A DNA stretch of 64,000 nucleotides from NCBI GenBank assembly GCA_905178155.1, contig CAJINV010000004.1, forward strand, positions 1,391,072 through 1,455,071. The letters run 5' to 3'. A program made the translations under genes and the position numbers. The notes under the pieces were generated by a model. That model did not search any database and had not been told where the DNA came from. It saw only the letters and a list, made by a program, of their open reading frames with translations. This DNA comes from Amoebophrya sp. A120 (Eukaryota > Protista > Dinoflagellata). Numbering within the stretch: position 1 is the stretch's first letter; each line of letters opens with the position of its first letter. Positions 50,201 to 62,301 of this stretch are shown here, piece by piece.

Positions 50201-50921
50201 TTGTAGCGACGTGGGTTCTTCAGCGCCTGTGTAATTTGGATACGATGTTGTGAAACAATCAATGAACAATCACACACTTCTGCCGCTCGTCGGGGTTGCA
50301 TTTTTTGTTCGACAAGACAAAGATTTGCAGATGAAGTCGTATAGCTTGATGTGTACTTTCTTGGCCGTTATTATTTTCAGCATTCTTTTTCTTAGCAGGG
50401 ACAGGCGGGGGATGACGCTCGCTGTCGGTTGTTCTAAAGCATCGTCTTACACTTTTCCTCTGATATAGATATTGCGTCGCCAAATTAGAAGAAAGTTATC
50501 GTGTCGTGGGTAGGAAAAGCAAAACTTCATGAAGACCATAGAGCATTGTAACTCTCACAGCTTCATCGTAATTTCGTTTCTTCGTCACTAGCCACTGTAC
50601 ATGCTTGACATTGATTCCACTTCTCCTACGGTCTGTTGCCCCATCGTAATCTACTAATAATTTTCCGTGCCTCTGTTCGTTCTTCGTCTGTCACGTCGTG
50701 TACCGTGAAGCAACTGAATTCGTTGTCACGACAAACATCAATCATCATCTTCACGTCGTAAAAAAAAAAAACTTCCACTTCGAGTCACAGTCTGGGCTTT
50801 TTTTTTCTACCATCGCTAGTAGAGCTTCGGTGGCACTTTATTATTGATTTTGATAATTCAATGCAGTATCTTGACCTTCAGTAAATAAGCGCTTCACTCC
50901 AGTTGCGCGGGAAAACAAAAA

Positions 50922-53900
50922 ATGGCCAGCAAAAGAACCACGTCTTGGTTTGATATTTGAGGGCATTCTCCTCCACGAACGAAGCACAGTACTAGGAAAA
51001 GGATGAAGGACAGCACGAATCTAGTCGATCCGAACTACGCCAGCCGGCTAGATTCGATCTTCCTGATCCAGGATGGGCACACACGGACCGAAGTGGAAAC
51101 GGTTCGGCAGCATTTGTCGACGAAATACAGTTTACCCTACGTGCCGGGTGGGCCGGTGAAGAGAAAGCGGGACCCGCAAAAATTTCCGAGTTTGGACAGA
51201 AGTAAAGGGCTGTATGTGCGGAACAACGATAAAAAAGAGTTCGCTGAAGTAGACGCCGAAAAGAATGAACACCACTGGACACAGGTTTTATTTAGTAAAA
51301 TTTGATAAAGCTTGACGCTGTGCATGAGGCAGTGAGCAGTTTATGGTTGTCATGCTTGAAGAACACTGGGAAACAAGGAAATGTACGTCATCTTGTGATC
51401 TTTCTTCGTCATACAAAAAATCTTCACACAGGATGCCCGCGGCTCGGACATTTATAACCTGGAAACGAACCACGAGCAGGCGACGGGGGAAAGTTTTCTT
51501 CCGAATGGTGCGCTGAACCAGCAGGAGTTTGGAAAGTATTACTACCGTGCGCGGCAGTTTCCCCTCTACCCGAAAACCACGAAGCCCACCCCGGCGATGG
51601 CCATGGAAGATTTTCTCAACCGCACCATCTCGTTTTCCAGTGGTCCGAGAGGGCGCGGAAACTTCCGGGCTTCGAAGCACGTATACCAACCTTTCACGAC
51701 GAAGACGCTGCACGCGCCGTTGCTCTACGTGCAAAGCAGACACCAGTATTATTTTTTGCTTTTTTTGATGATACGAGCTACACACGTTTCCAACTACACG
51801 CAACGAAAAAGCGAAGACCTCGATGCGAGACGCAAAGAAACTCTGTAAAATTATAATTTCCTAGGCACCAACACCTGAAGCGCAGTAAGAGTTACGCCGC
51901 GGCCGCACGACAGGCCGCCACGTTGTACGATCCCAGCGGATCTACGATGCGAAATAAGAGTATGATGAGCTCGACTTTGATGAGCCCATATTGTATGTAA
52001 AAACGTCCCCACCCCATAGTCAAGTTGGGAAATCTGCAAGACAAATCAACAGCCTTTGGCTGTTACGCATGACAAGTTTGGGCTCGCAGTGTTGTCCGTG
52101 TTTAGCTAGTGCAACAGCATCACAAATCCAGCTTCTCGTGCTAATTTCAAATTAGCACGAGAAGCTGGAGGCGTTTTTTCGTCGTGTTTTGGAATTTGTG
52201 ATGCTTAAATTATTTGAGCATCACAAATTCCAAAACACGACGAAAAAACGCGTCTCATGGGGCTCCGCATGAGAGACATTTTAAGCGTGCAGATTTGCGC
52301 GACAGCTATGGGATGGGGATGTTTTTCCACAGGATAGCCCAAACCTTAGCTTGATGTCCAACGACGTGACGAGCGTGATGGTGGACGGCACGCCCATGCC
52401 AGACGTGCTGTTTCTCGGAGAGTATCCAACAAGAAAACTGTTCAAGTGTAACTTTGTGTTGCAAACGATGCAAGACACTTACAACTATCATGCTGGACAT
52501 GCGTCAGGGGCTCGTTTCGTACGTGTGTTCACGCGCTAGCTGCGCATGACAGGTTTTCTCTGTCATGGAGAGCAAACTTCTGATGCTGTTCCTCCAAAAT
52601 GAAAGTTACATTTACACAGTTTTTTTCTTGCATAGAGAGCAGTCGACTGCTAGCAAGAACACCTCGCAGGTGCAGCTACCTGGACTATCGACAGATACAA
52701 GTGCAGGCGGTCCTGCAGCGCACCAACAGAGCACGACAACCCGGGGTCGCAGCACCACAAGCGTCAAGTTAAATTCCGAGCAGGATAAGAGTTTAGAAAA
52801 GCACTCCATTCTGGACGACCCGTCACCCGTCCACCGGCAGAAAATGAAAGACGTGGAAAATACCAACGAGCCATCAGGACTCGCCCTAGATCGTCAGATG
52901 GCAGCGATGAATGCGACGTCGACAGCGTCTGTGCACACATCGTCACATGTTGGCGGAGGTAGTACTAGTAAAGCGAAGAAAAGCAGTTCAAAGCTGTCCG
53001 TTGGTGGAAAGAATAGTAATGGGAACAACAAGAGCAGCAAGCGAGCTTCTGTAGTTGCAACGGACGAGAAAAATCCGCCCGAGCCCGATGGGGTTATTGG
53101 GAGGAATTACAATCTCATGTCGCTAGAGGACGTCGCGCGAGTGCTATGCATTGCAAATATGTCTGGGTCTGGAAGACTGCAACACTTGTCATGCACATTT
53201 TGTATGACCCACGAGGTCTGGAATGCAGAACCTAGCATGAGAGATTCTGTGAGGTCTCCATCATGCCAATGCTGCATGAGAAACTCCCTCGCAGCTTGGT
53301 CGAAAGTGGACAGCTTTTGGCAGTCATGCAACACAGATTTTTGCGTGATTCTGATTTAGCATGACAAGTTCCAACCGTCCAGACCCAGACATTTTTGCAT
53401 TTGATAAGTGCCGGTGCGGAACGATTCGATGTACAGAATGGTGTGGCGGCTCACGACCAAGGCGAACCCTGTTTTGTATATTACGAATGTCAATGTATGT
53501 TGCTCCTTTAGACTTACGTTTCGCTTTCGTCTTCTTCTTGCGGGTTCTCTTTGTCTTTCTCTGAAAGCCTTTCACTTGGTGTAGTGCAGCAGTAGACTTT
53601 TCGATTTTATAGATGAACAGCCTACTAACTTCGTATTAACAAAAGTAGAACAGCGTTAAGATCATGTGACGGTGGAAGAATGCGATGCAAAACCACACGA
53701 CAAATAAACAGCTTCAACGTGATGCCCCACCGAGAGGGCGTAATTACTCCGGGGGAGCAGTTTGAACTTCGAGTGAAGCAGAATCCGATATTACAATGAA
53801 AAATGCCCCCACCCCCGAACTTTGGAGCATTTGTATTGCAAATCTTTCCAAGAGAAACATTCGCCCGCTTGCATCTAGCAGCATCACAGATTTCCAATCG

Positions 53901-56900
53901 TGCATAGCAAAAATTTGTATTGCAAAAGATCCCAGCAAGAGCGGCGCTTGTCATGCAAGCAATGCTATATACGCCTAGGCTCTGCATCACAAACATTCAT
54001 ATTCCTTGCAAGCATGACAAAAAGTTTTCATTTGGAAACTTCGCATCACAAATTATTGCAACTTTGGGGGTGGGGGCATTTTTCACTGTAATATCCGAAC
54101 GTGAAGGTCCCGAAAGGGGTTTACGTCTTCAAGCTCGCCATGGGGGACCCGGAGCAAGTTTGGCTAGTCCAGATGTTCGCCTGCGTCGTGCCCGCACGTA
54201 TAAGTAGATGGTGTTTATTTTTGAAGGTGTCATGCATAATGCTGCTCGCTAACACGATGGTGTCATGCGGGAATGCAATTACATAATTCTGTGTCCTACG
54301 ACTCTTATCACAGGAGACGACATCCGCGAGGTGACCCTGAAAAACGGGCAGACATACGAACTCCTGTCAAAGTACGGTCCCCCGAAGCAGATGGTGCAAT
54401 GGCGTGCGAAGGCGCACGAGTATGTGCTGAACTGGCACGCGGACGTGAACCACGAGAAGCTTGTTTTGCCGCCGATCAACACGGAAGCGAACCCGTTGCA
54501 GCAGCAAAAGGACGACTTCATGCTGAAGAACGTCACGTCTTCCACCCAGCCCCCGAAGTCCGCGAAGTCCGTGGCCTCCACAGCCGGTGGCGTGAGCGTC
54601 GCGAGTACAACTTCGAAACAGAAGCCGGGGTCGAGGCTGGGAACGACGGAGTCGACGAGGATTGGTATCGAGCAGACGGCGGAGACGCACACACTGGTGT
54701 TGGACGAGGATGAGGAGGAGGACAAGAAAACAAAGCTTCCGCCGGTCAAGAAAGAGATCGAGCTGGTCCGGAAAAAATTCCCGCTCGTATTACAATGAAA
54801 AATGCCCCCACCCCCGAACTTGGGAGCATTTGTGTTGCAAACCTTTCCAAATGAAACATTCGCCCTCTTGCATCTATCAGCGTCACAGATTTCCGATCGT
54901 GAATAGCAAACATTTGTACTATTGCAAAAGATCCCAGCTGCAAGAGCGGCGCTTGTCATGCAAGCGACGCGACACTACACACCTAGACCCTGCATCAGAA
55001 AGGTTCATATTCCTTTCACGCATAGATAAAAAGTTCTTCATTTGAAAACCTTATGCATCACAAATTTTTGCAACTTTGGGGTTGGGGGCATTTTTCCTCG
55101 CGATAGCTCGCCGGGTTGGCGGAAGCGGAGGCGGCGCAGGAGGCCGCGGAGCGGGGTGTCAGTGCGGATAACAAAGTTGCGTCGGGCGTCATGCTGCCGG
55201 CAATCGTTGCAGTGGGACCATTATCTACTCGCAAAAGTATCGTGTAATTTTTATCCGTACTTCTGATTCTTTCAATAGTGTACGGCAAGGCTTTTATCCT
55301 TTTTACCTGAGTCAGCCATTTTTCATTTTTGTTCTTGCAATGCAAGGCCTACTATAGTCTCTTCTGGGAAATATTGCAATGCAATGCCTACTAAGAAGTA
55401 AAAATTAGTGCGGTACTTCTGCGAAAATGCATACCCACCGACCGGGGGAGACGTCCAGGGAGGCAAGAAGAAGAACGGGGGTAAGCATGTGCAAGTTGCC
55501 TCTTCTGCGTCGCAATCTACTATCACTAGCAGCTTTTCGCACAGCAAGACGACGGGCTCCGGGAGAACCCGCAGTACCAGCATGGCATCGACTAGCCACA
55601 AGCCCTGGATGCACCCGCCAGCGGTGGACTACACGCAGCGGGAGGGAGAGCAGCTGCTGTACAGCCGGAGAAGCTACTCCTTCGCACGGCTGCTGCAGAA
55701 ACCGCCGGCGCCGAAGAAAAACAAGTCGGAGCTGGAGGTGGAGGTGAAGAAGATTGCCAAGTGGAAACCGCCGGTGAAACGCGCACTCAACAAGCCGAAA
55801 ACCCTATCCTATGTAACAACGTCCTCACCCCAGAGTTGTCATGCAAATGTGCATGCCGAAAATATTTCTCATGCGGAGTTCCAAAACTAGAGGCGTTGTC
55901 TAGTCGTGTTTCGGAGTTTGTCATGCTCCAATCAGCATGATGTGCTAGAATTGTGACGCTGCTGAACCAACTGGCTAAACAGGGCCAAACCTGTCATGCA
56001 TAACTCCCAAAACTTGGAGATTTGTGTTGCAGATTATATATACCGTTTTGACTATAATTTAGACAAGGAAAATCGCAGAAGTTCATCAAAAATCGAGCAC
56101 CCCCCTGTCCGGGGCTCCCGGGACATATAGTTGATTTGTGTGGGCCCCAACCATTTCGCATTTCCCCCCTGCGGAGCCCGCCCCGCCATGCGCTGCCGCT
56201 GGCATGTGTGTCGTTTTGAGTTCTCACGCCTGCGCATGTACGAGCCGAAGCGATCCCAGCACTTGCTTAACAGTCTTGCTCCGATTCAAAGACGCGCGTC
56301 TATGAGAAAACAGCTCCACAGGGTTCGAAGGTGGTGCGCGTTTACAATGAGTCGCATTGTTCCGAAAACGTTGCCGGCCCCCATTTCTTGTCCTGTCGCA
56401 GCGCGGAGCCCTTACAGTTTGCCACCTGAATCGCTCGCGCAACCCGAATAATGTAGAGCAACGCCGCCACATTCACCAGCAGAACCACCCAAAGCGCCAG
56501 GGGCAAACCAGCAAGCGCCCAGCCCGTTTCCCCGCCCCGGCCCGGCTGTCGAAAGCGCCGGGCAAAGGCGTGCCCGAAAGCGCCGCGGCCCTGTCGGAAA
56601 TCGCCGGCAGGGGCGACCGCGATACCAGTGGCGTGGCCCGATGCGGTGGGTGTTGCATGTGCGGCCTCCGTCCGATGGCCGGAGGCCCCCCGAACGTCTC
56701 GCCCCAGTTCTGGAAAGGTTCTGGCAGATGCTGAAGCGCGCGGCCCTGAGCCCGCCTTCGCTGCGATCGGAAGCGGTGCCTGGCGGCCGGGGCGGCGGCC
56801 GGTCCGAAGGGGGCAGCCTGGCGCGCCCCGGCGTGGCTCCGGGGCCGCCGGCGTTCTCTTTGGCCAAAAGCGAAAAGAGCTGCTTCCGCGGCCGCCGGGG

Positions 56901-58112
56901 GCCCCGGCCGGGCAGCCAAAGGGGCCCCCTTTTTCGCAAAAAAAAGCAACCCCAAAAAGCACCCCCCTTGGGAAGCCTTTCCCCCACCTAAAACTGAAGA
57001 ATTCCGCGCCCAAAAAAGCACCCCCCTAGAGCACCCCCCCGAGGGGCCCCCCGGCTTCGCCTTCGGACAGGAGCTCCTCCCGGTTTTCCCTTCTCGCCTT
57101 CTTTGTTTTATTGCCCCCATCCCCGCTATATTCCCAGGGCAAGCACGTCCCAAGACACCCATGGCCGCGGGCTTTTGGAAGAAAGAACGGCGGGCCGCCT
57201 CGTCTTCGCAGCAAATGCGGGCACACGGCCGCGCGCTTTTGAATCTGCCAAAAACTTTCCAGAACAGGGGCGAGGCGTTCGGGGTGTCTTCGGCTACCGG
57301 ACGGAGGCCACATACGCAAAACGCATCGCGCCGGCCCGCGCCACTGGTATCGCGGCCGGCCTTGCCGGCGAATTCCGACAGGGGCGTGGCGCCTTCGGGA
57401 GCGCACGTGGCCCGGCGCTGCCGGCAACCAGGCCGGGGCGGGGACACGGACTGGGCGGCTGCCCGTTTGCTCCTGCGGCTCTGGGTGGTTCTGCTGGTGG
57501 ATGTAATGTCGCTGCTCTACATTCTTCGAGCTGCGCAAAAGATTCAGGCGACAAAGTGGAAGCGTTCTGCGCTGCGACAGGACAAAAAATGGGGCCCCGG
57601 AACGTTTTCGGAACAATGGCGCCGATTTTAAACGCGCGCCACCTTCGAACGCCTTCGGGCTGTTCTTTCATGAGCGCCTATTTTTGAACCGGAGCAGGGT
57701 TCCAGAGCAAATGTTGGAGGCGCTTCGGCTCGTACATGCGCAGGCGTGAGAACTCAAAACGACACACATGCCAGCGGCAGCGCATGGCGGGGCGGGCTCC
57801 GCAGGGGGGAAATGCGAAATGGTTGGGGCCCACACAAATCAACTATATGTCCCGGGAGCCCCGGACAGGGGGGTGCTCGATTTTTGATGAACTTCTGCGA
57901 TTTTCCTTGTCTAAATAATGGGGTGGGGACGTTTTTCCCCAGGATAAACCCCACCAAAGACCGAGTTTGACAAGCTGGGCGACACGCTGCAGCGCTACGC
58001 CGAGCACTACAATCGGCTGTGGAACAAGACCGCGACCGGGAGCATGATGACGAGTCACAGCCAGATGGGGGTGGAAGTAGCAAGAGGCGTGCAGGAGAGC
58101 ATTCAGGAGTAA
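50922..58112 (+). CDS. Multi-exon hypothetical protein with five exonic introners
   Basis: Frame restored across elements: ARV-PVRNDSMYRMVW, KQNP-NVKVPKG, KFPL-AGLAEAE and KPKTP-PKTEFDKLG...ESIQE* (TAA 58110-58112). Confidence 0.75.
53145..53406. mobile_element. Introner family A (262 bp), TSD AGTGC
   Basis: Family-A TIRs. Removal gives VARV-PVRND. Confidence 0.93.
53789..54093. mobile_element. Introner family G (305 bp), TSD TCCGA
   Basis: TATTACAATGAAAAATGCCCCCACCCCC / GGGGGTGGGGGCATTTTTCACTGTAATA. Frame restored on removal. Confidence 0.95.
54788..55105. mobile_element. Introner family G (318 bp), TSD GCTCG
   Basis: Family-G TIRs. Removal gives FPL-AGLAEAEAAQ. Confidence 0.93.
55805..57946. 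mobile_element. Family B introner expanded to 2142 bp by a nested fold-back element, TSD AACCC
   Basis: TATCCTATGTAACAACGTCC ... GGACGTTTTTCCCCAGGATA. Without the nested element and its TSD it is 281 bp, the normal family-B size. Confidence 0.92.
56059..57914. mobile_element. 1856-bp GC-rich fold-back element, 194-bp identical TIRs, TSD ATAAT
   Basis: 56059-56252 is the reverse complement of 57721-57914 (mirror ORFs in the track). Inner arms remain recognisably inverted but diverged. Confidence 0.92.
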
Positions 58113-59201
58113 GGAAGGCGGGTAGGAGGTTTCTTGTGCGAAGAGTGTATGGTTTTTTATGAGCTTGATTTGGCATTGGTATCGGTTTAGTGTTTTTTCA
58201 ACTGTAGCAAAATTGTCTGAAGTTAATAACATTTTTATCGTAGTAGCATGACAAACTTATTTCAATCATCAAAAGCATCTAATTGTAATTATGTATCTTT
58301 GTTGGAGAGGAGAAACGGTTTCCCGTGCTGGTTCCTTCAGATCGATTCAATCAAAACTTTCAATTTTTCAGTTACAACAGCAGAACAATATTTTTCGTTT
58401 TTATTCATTTTCACTTTTCGTTTTTCAGCAAATTTTGCATGGATTTACCGCGCAATTTTCTTCTTTTTCTGAATTGTGACACACAGGTACGAGGATTGTA
58501 TCATTCTATTCTTGGATCATTCAGACACACTTGATAAATTTTCAATAGTGTCATGACACGGTGGTAAGTAAGTATCAAACTGTATATAAAATTTAGCGAG
58601 TGTGCATACGATTTAATTGATGCATGCATGTTGGTGCAGGTGGGTACCATTTACAGCATGATATTGTGCATGGATGAGGAGACGAAACTTACACGACACA
58701 CTGTATATAAAAAACTGGACGCAGCTTTCCAACGCACAATTTTGCACGCGGATAATAGAGAACAAGAAGATAATATTTTGTGACCAGATTCCTCGTGCGT
58801 CCGCTAAATGCGTTGCGATTAGGAGGTTTGCGCCAAAGTATCACAACTGTTCTATGTCTTTTCGCTACAAGAACTACCCAACCAAGATCAATGCAACATA
58901 GACGATCTTCCGTGCACGCCGCGTCTCGACCCTATGTCTCACAACCTTCCATTGACGTGATCAATTTGATTTTCACACAGGCCCTCACAGATTTTCACTT
59001 TCTCTCCACGCAGTGATTTTTCACTTTACTTTTTTTAAGTTCGCTGTCGTCTTCACCCAAGAATAAACGTCGATTGGATATAGTGACATAGTGATTTTTG
59101 TTTTTCCCTTCATCTTGTCAGTTGAGCATGATGTGAACATTGTTCACCAGTAATACAAGATTCTGCGACATTTATCAAAACAAAAAGACCACAACATCAA
59201 A

Positions 59202-59936
59202 ATGGTTTCCATCAAGTTCCCGGGCGAGTCTTTCGAGCGGAAACTCGAGCTGCCTCAGTGGATCCCAGATGAAACCGACGACCAAATTTTGGAGATCAAG
59301 AACGCGAAACAATTGGAATCTCTACTCGACGAGTTGATGCACAAGATGTACCGCTTGGAAGACAGCAATAAGCAGCTGAAGGAGTTTATCCAGGAGGAAA
59401 AAATCGAGCTTGCGGCGAAACAACTGGAGACAATGTCCTTGGTGAAGGTCAGAGCAGATGAACAGGACTCGCCGGCCAGTACAGCAGGAACGACATCAAA
59501 TGCGGAAGGACGAGAGGGGGCGAAGGAGGAGATGAATGGCGGAAATGTGAATGGAAACAGTACATCAAAGCCGCGAGGAGCAGGTCAATGCCAAGAAAAC
59601 GATCCCGCCCCACCGGAAAAGTGCGGTAGCTCCACAAATACCAGCCCTTCCGGGGCGGCGGAAGCGAGCGCGGCGCCCGCGGTGCAGAGCGAGTTTCAGT
59701 TTCCGACCGGGAATGAGCACGTAAATCTGGAGAATGGAGGAGAGGAGGAGGAGGAGGAGGGGGATGAAAGTAGTATCAGTATCCCTAAAACCACCGAACA
59801 GCAGCAGCAGGAGCACTACGAGTTGGTCTGTGCGATTTTCGAGAACTCGCACATCTTGGACCAGATGGAGGTGCGGAGGAAGTTGCTGAAGAGCCGGGTC
59901 GACAAGCTCACACTGCAGCAGGGGCTGTCGTTGTAG
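59202..59936 (+). CDS. 244-aa hypothetical protein with N- and C-terminal coiled-coil segments
   Basis: Intronless ORF with coding-like codon usage and an A-rich start context. Confidence 0.75.
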   Translation: MVSIKFPGESFERKLELPQWIPDETDDQILEIKNAKQLESLLDELMHKMYRLEDSNKQLKEFIQEEKIELAAKQLETMSLVKVRADEQDSPASTAGTTSNAEGREGAKEEMNGGNVNGNSTSKPRGAGQCQENDPAPPEKCGSSTNTSPSGAAEASAAPAVQSEFQFPTGNEHVNLENGGEEEEEEGDESSISIPKTTEQQQQEHYELVCAIFENSHILDQMEVRRKLLKSRVDKLTLQQGLSL

Positions 59937-62301
59937 TGTGACTTTTGTTGGAGTTGGGCTAAAGGATAAGGATGTGGATCTTCTGAAGCTTAGCTACAAG
60001 ATACTTCTTCGTCAACCTCGTATGCTGGCACTCGAACAACTTGCGCCACTCATGAGTGAATAAAATGAAAACAACAAGTATGAGTTGTAATAGTACTAGC
60101 AACTACCATGACCTCCCGATCACCGATAAATCGGTCGAAGCTCCGCACCGCTCGATCAGCGGTGTGTGTTCTGCTTATCTTTGCAAATTTTGCAAGTGTT
60201 TGGCGAGGCTCCATTTCCGGCCTGAAGCAATCACGAGCGTCTTGGCGATTCGCAATCAAATGCACGCCGACCCTTTTTTCAAGAGGGCGCTGCAGTCCAT
60301 TTCGGCACAAGCCGGCGCGATCCTCAAAAGCTGCCGCCGCCGCTCCACTCTAGAACAGCCGGCGCCAGGCCCCACCGGGCCCGCCGGGCCCGACAGGAGA
60401 AGAGCCACCCGGCGGGGTTCTTTGGCGCCCCACGCCCGTGCGATCCGAAAGCCCGCCGGCGCCCGGCCCCGGGCGGGGCCTGCTTTTGCTGGCGCAAGCC
60501 GAGCGCCGGCTGCGGGGTGTGCGTTCCCGGCGTTCAGCGGCTGCTCCCGCCTCCCGCGCAGCCGGCGCCGTCTTTGGGGCGGCTGCTTCTTCGGCCTCCG
60601 GACAATTCCCAAGGTGGGGCGGCCACTCCCCACGCCGCGCGACCCAAGGGGGGCCCGGGCCGGCCGTCTGGGCGAGTGGCGGCAGCCCCCGCGGCCCTTG
60701 CTCAGCACTGTGCAGGAAGTGCGCAAGTTTCCTCGTGAATCGCTGCAAGCCTTCTGGGGCCGATTTCCTGAACACAATGCGACGCCTAGCTTTATCGCTG
60801 AGGCAAAGCACTTGGGGACTCTACTGGGAAAACAGCGACAGGGGCCGCGGCCGCAGGGGCGGGCGGCCCCGCAGCGGGGGCCGGTGGTGTTTGCGGGCGG
60901 GGCCGGGGCCTCGGGGCGTGTGGCCTTGTTGGACCGCTGCGCGCGTTCGGCAGCTGGGAGAGAGGCCGGGCGGGCGGGTTGGGAAGTTTCCGGCCAGCGA
61001 GTCTTTTTATTGGTTCTGCCCAGCGGCGAAGCTCGCACGCGCGCCAGGCGGGACGATGCGCCGCATGCACAAACGACCAGAGCCGCGGCCGAAGCACCCG
61101 GGGCGCGCTGGGGTTTGGGGGGCCTCGGCGGATTGTGATGGGGGCGGGAGGGGCGTGGGCCGGGGGCCTGTCGCCCCCCCGTCCCGCCCTGGGCCGGCCC
61201 GCAGTAGTTCAGGCACGCAGGCGGGGGGGGGGGGGGGGCCGGCGCCGAGTTTGGGCGCGGCTCGCCCGCCTCGGCGGGCCTGCCGCTTTTGGCTAGAGAT
61301 GAAGGACGCAGGGATCATGCGCGGGCGCGCCGCGCCCCTTCGCGCTGGCTGGGCTTGGTTTGTGTGTAGTCGCACGCCCTTGCTGGATGCCTGGACCTGA
61401 GATTCTGCAGTGGCGCCAAGCAGCTTAGCAGAGCCGCTGCCCGCCCCGCTCGCATGGCCCTGCCCATTTGTCGAGCAGGAATGTGGATCACCGGAACGAA
61501 GGAGCGGCCCCGGCGGGGCAGGGCACATGATGAATACAGAGCGCATGATAGATAAGAACGCGCGGCCCTCCGCTTGTTGTGCAATCTGTGCAAGAACTTC
61601 GCTGTTCGCGCTGATCAGTTGTGTATCAAATCCATGAAAAATCAAAAAATCTGTCGAATTCGAGCTACGCTAATTTGTTAAAGGACCCGAAGGTCGACAC
61701 ATACCACCTCCACACTTTTCGGTTGCCCTTGAGCAAGTTGCCAAGAAAAAAGAATCGGTTCTTGTGCTGTGTCAATGACATGTTTTCGCATGAAGAGGAA
61801 ATCAAAATCTGTTTGCGAAAAAAGAAAGACCTGGAAGAACCCTCACTATCGGTATAGCAGTCGTTCCACTTGTGATATACACCGCGAACGTCTCTTGCAA
61901 ATGTAATCGGTCTAAGTGTTACTTACCATTCTGCCTAGTGGTCAAGTGCTTTCGTGATTAGTAGATGCCGCGGTCTTCGTCGCTTAACTAGAATTTTGAA
62001 AGAACAACCCGTCTGAGTCGCGCACTTCACTTTCAGGTTCACCCTCCCCCGTTTACCTTGAGCACCAAATGGGTATGGATAGAGTTCTTAGGTTGCGGTT
62101 TCTGTTTTACTTTATTCCCCGCGCCTTTTAGAAAGAAAGACTATGTAGCCGCCCACAAAAGCTGAAAATTGGTATTCAGTAGCTCTGGACAAGACCTCGG
62201 TAAGAGAGGCTGCAACACTGTCTCTTTTACCTTTGTTAAAGAGTTTAATACTGGAATACACTTTTCTTCGAGTAGTTTTATTCCACTGTCAGAACAACAA
62301 C

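Larger units (their letters stand above)
43979..53351 (+). repeat. Near-identical second copy of 34507-43878 (offset 9472-9473), probable assembly overlap
   Basis: Matching ORF set. The only differences I noticed are one poly-A length and one substitution near the end. Contains duplicate elements at 43979-44140 (partial), 45000-45109, 45424-45667, 48507-48785, 48813-49471 and 51989-52336. Confidence 0.95.

Noticed and set aside
56342-57687. Long overlapping ORFs (e.g. 324 aa, 223 aa) in the fold-back as a transposase
   Set aside because: Arg/Pro/Gly/Ala-rich ORFs in several frames are expected from high GC, and no DDE, HUH or recombinase motif is recognisable.
60056-61400. 360-aa and 320-aa ORFs as genes
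   Set aside because: Open in multiple frames with GC-driven composition and no recognisable motifs.
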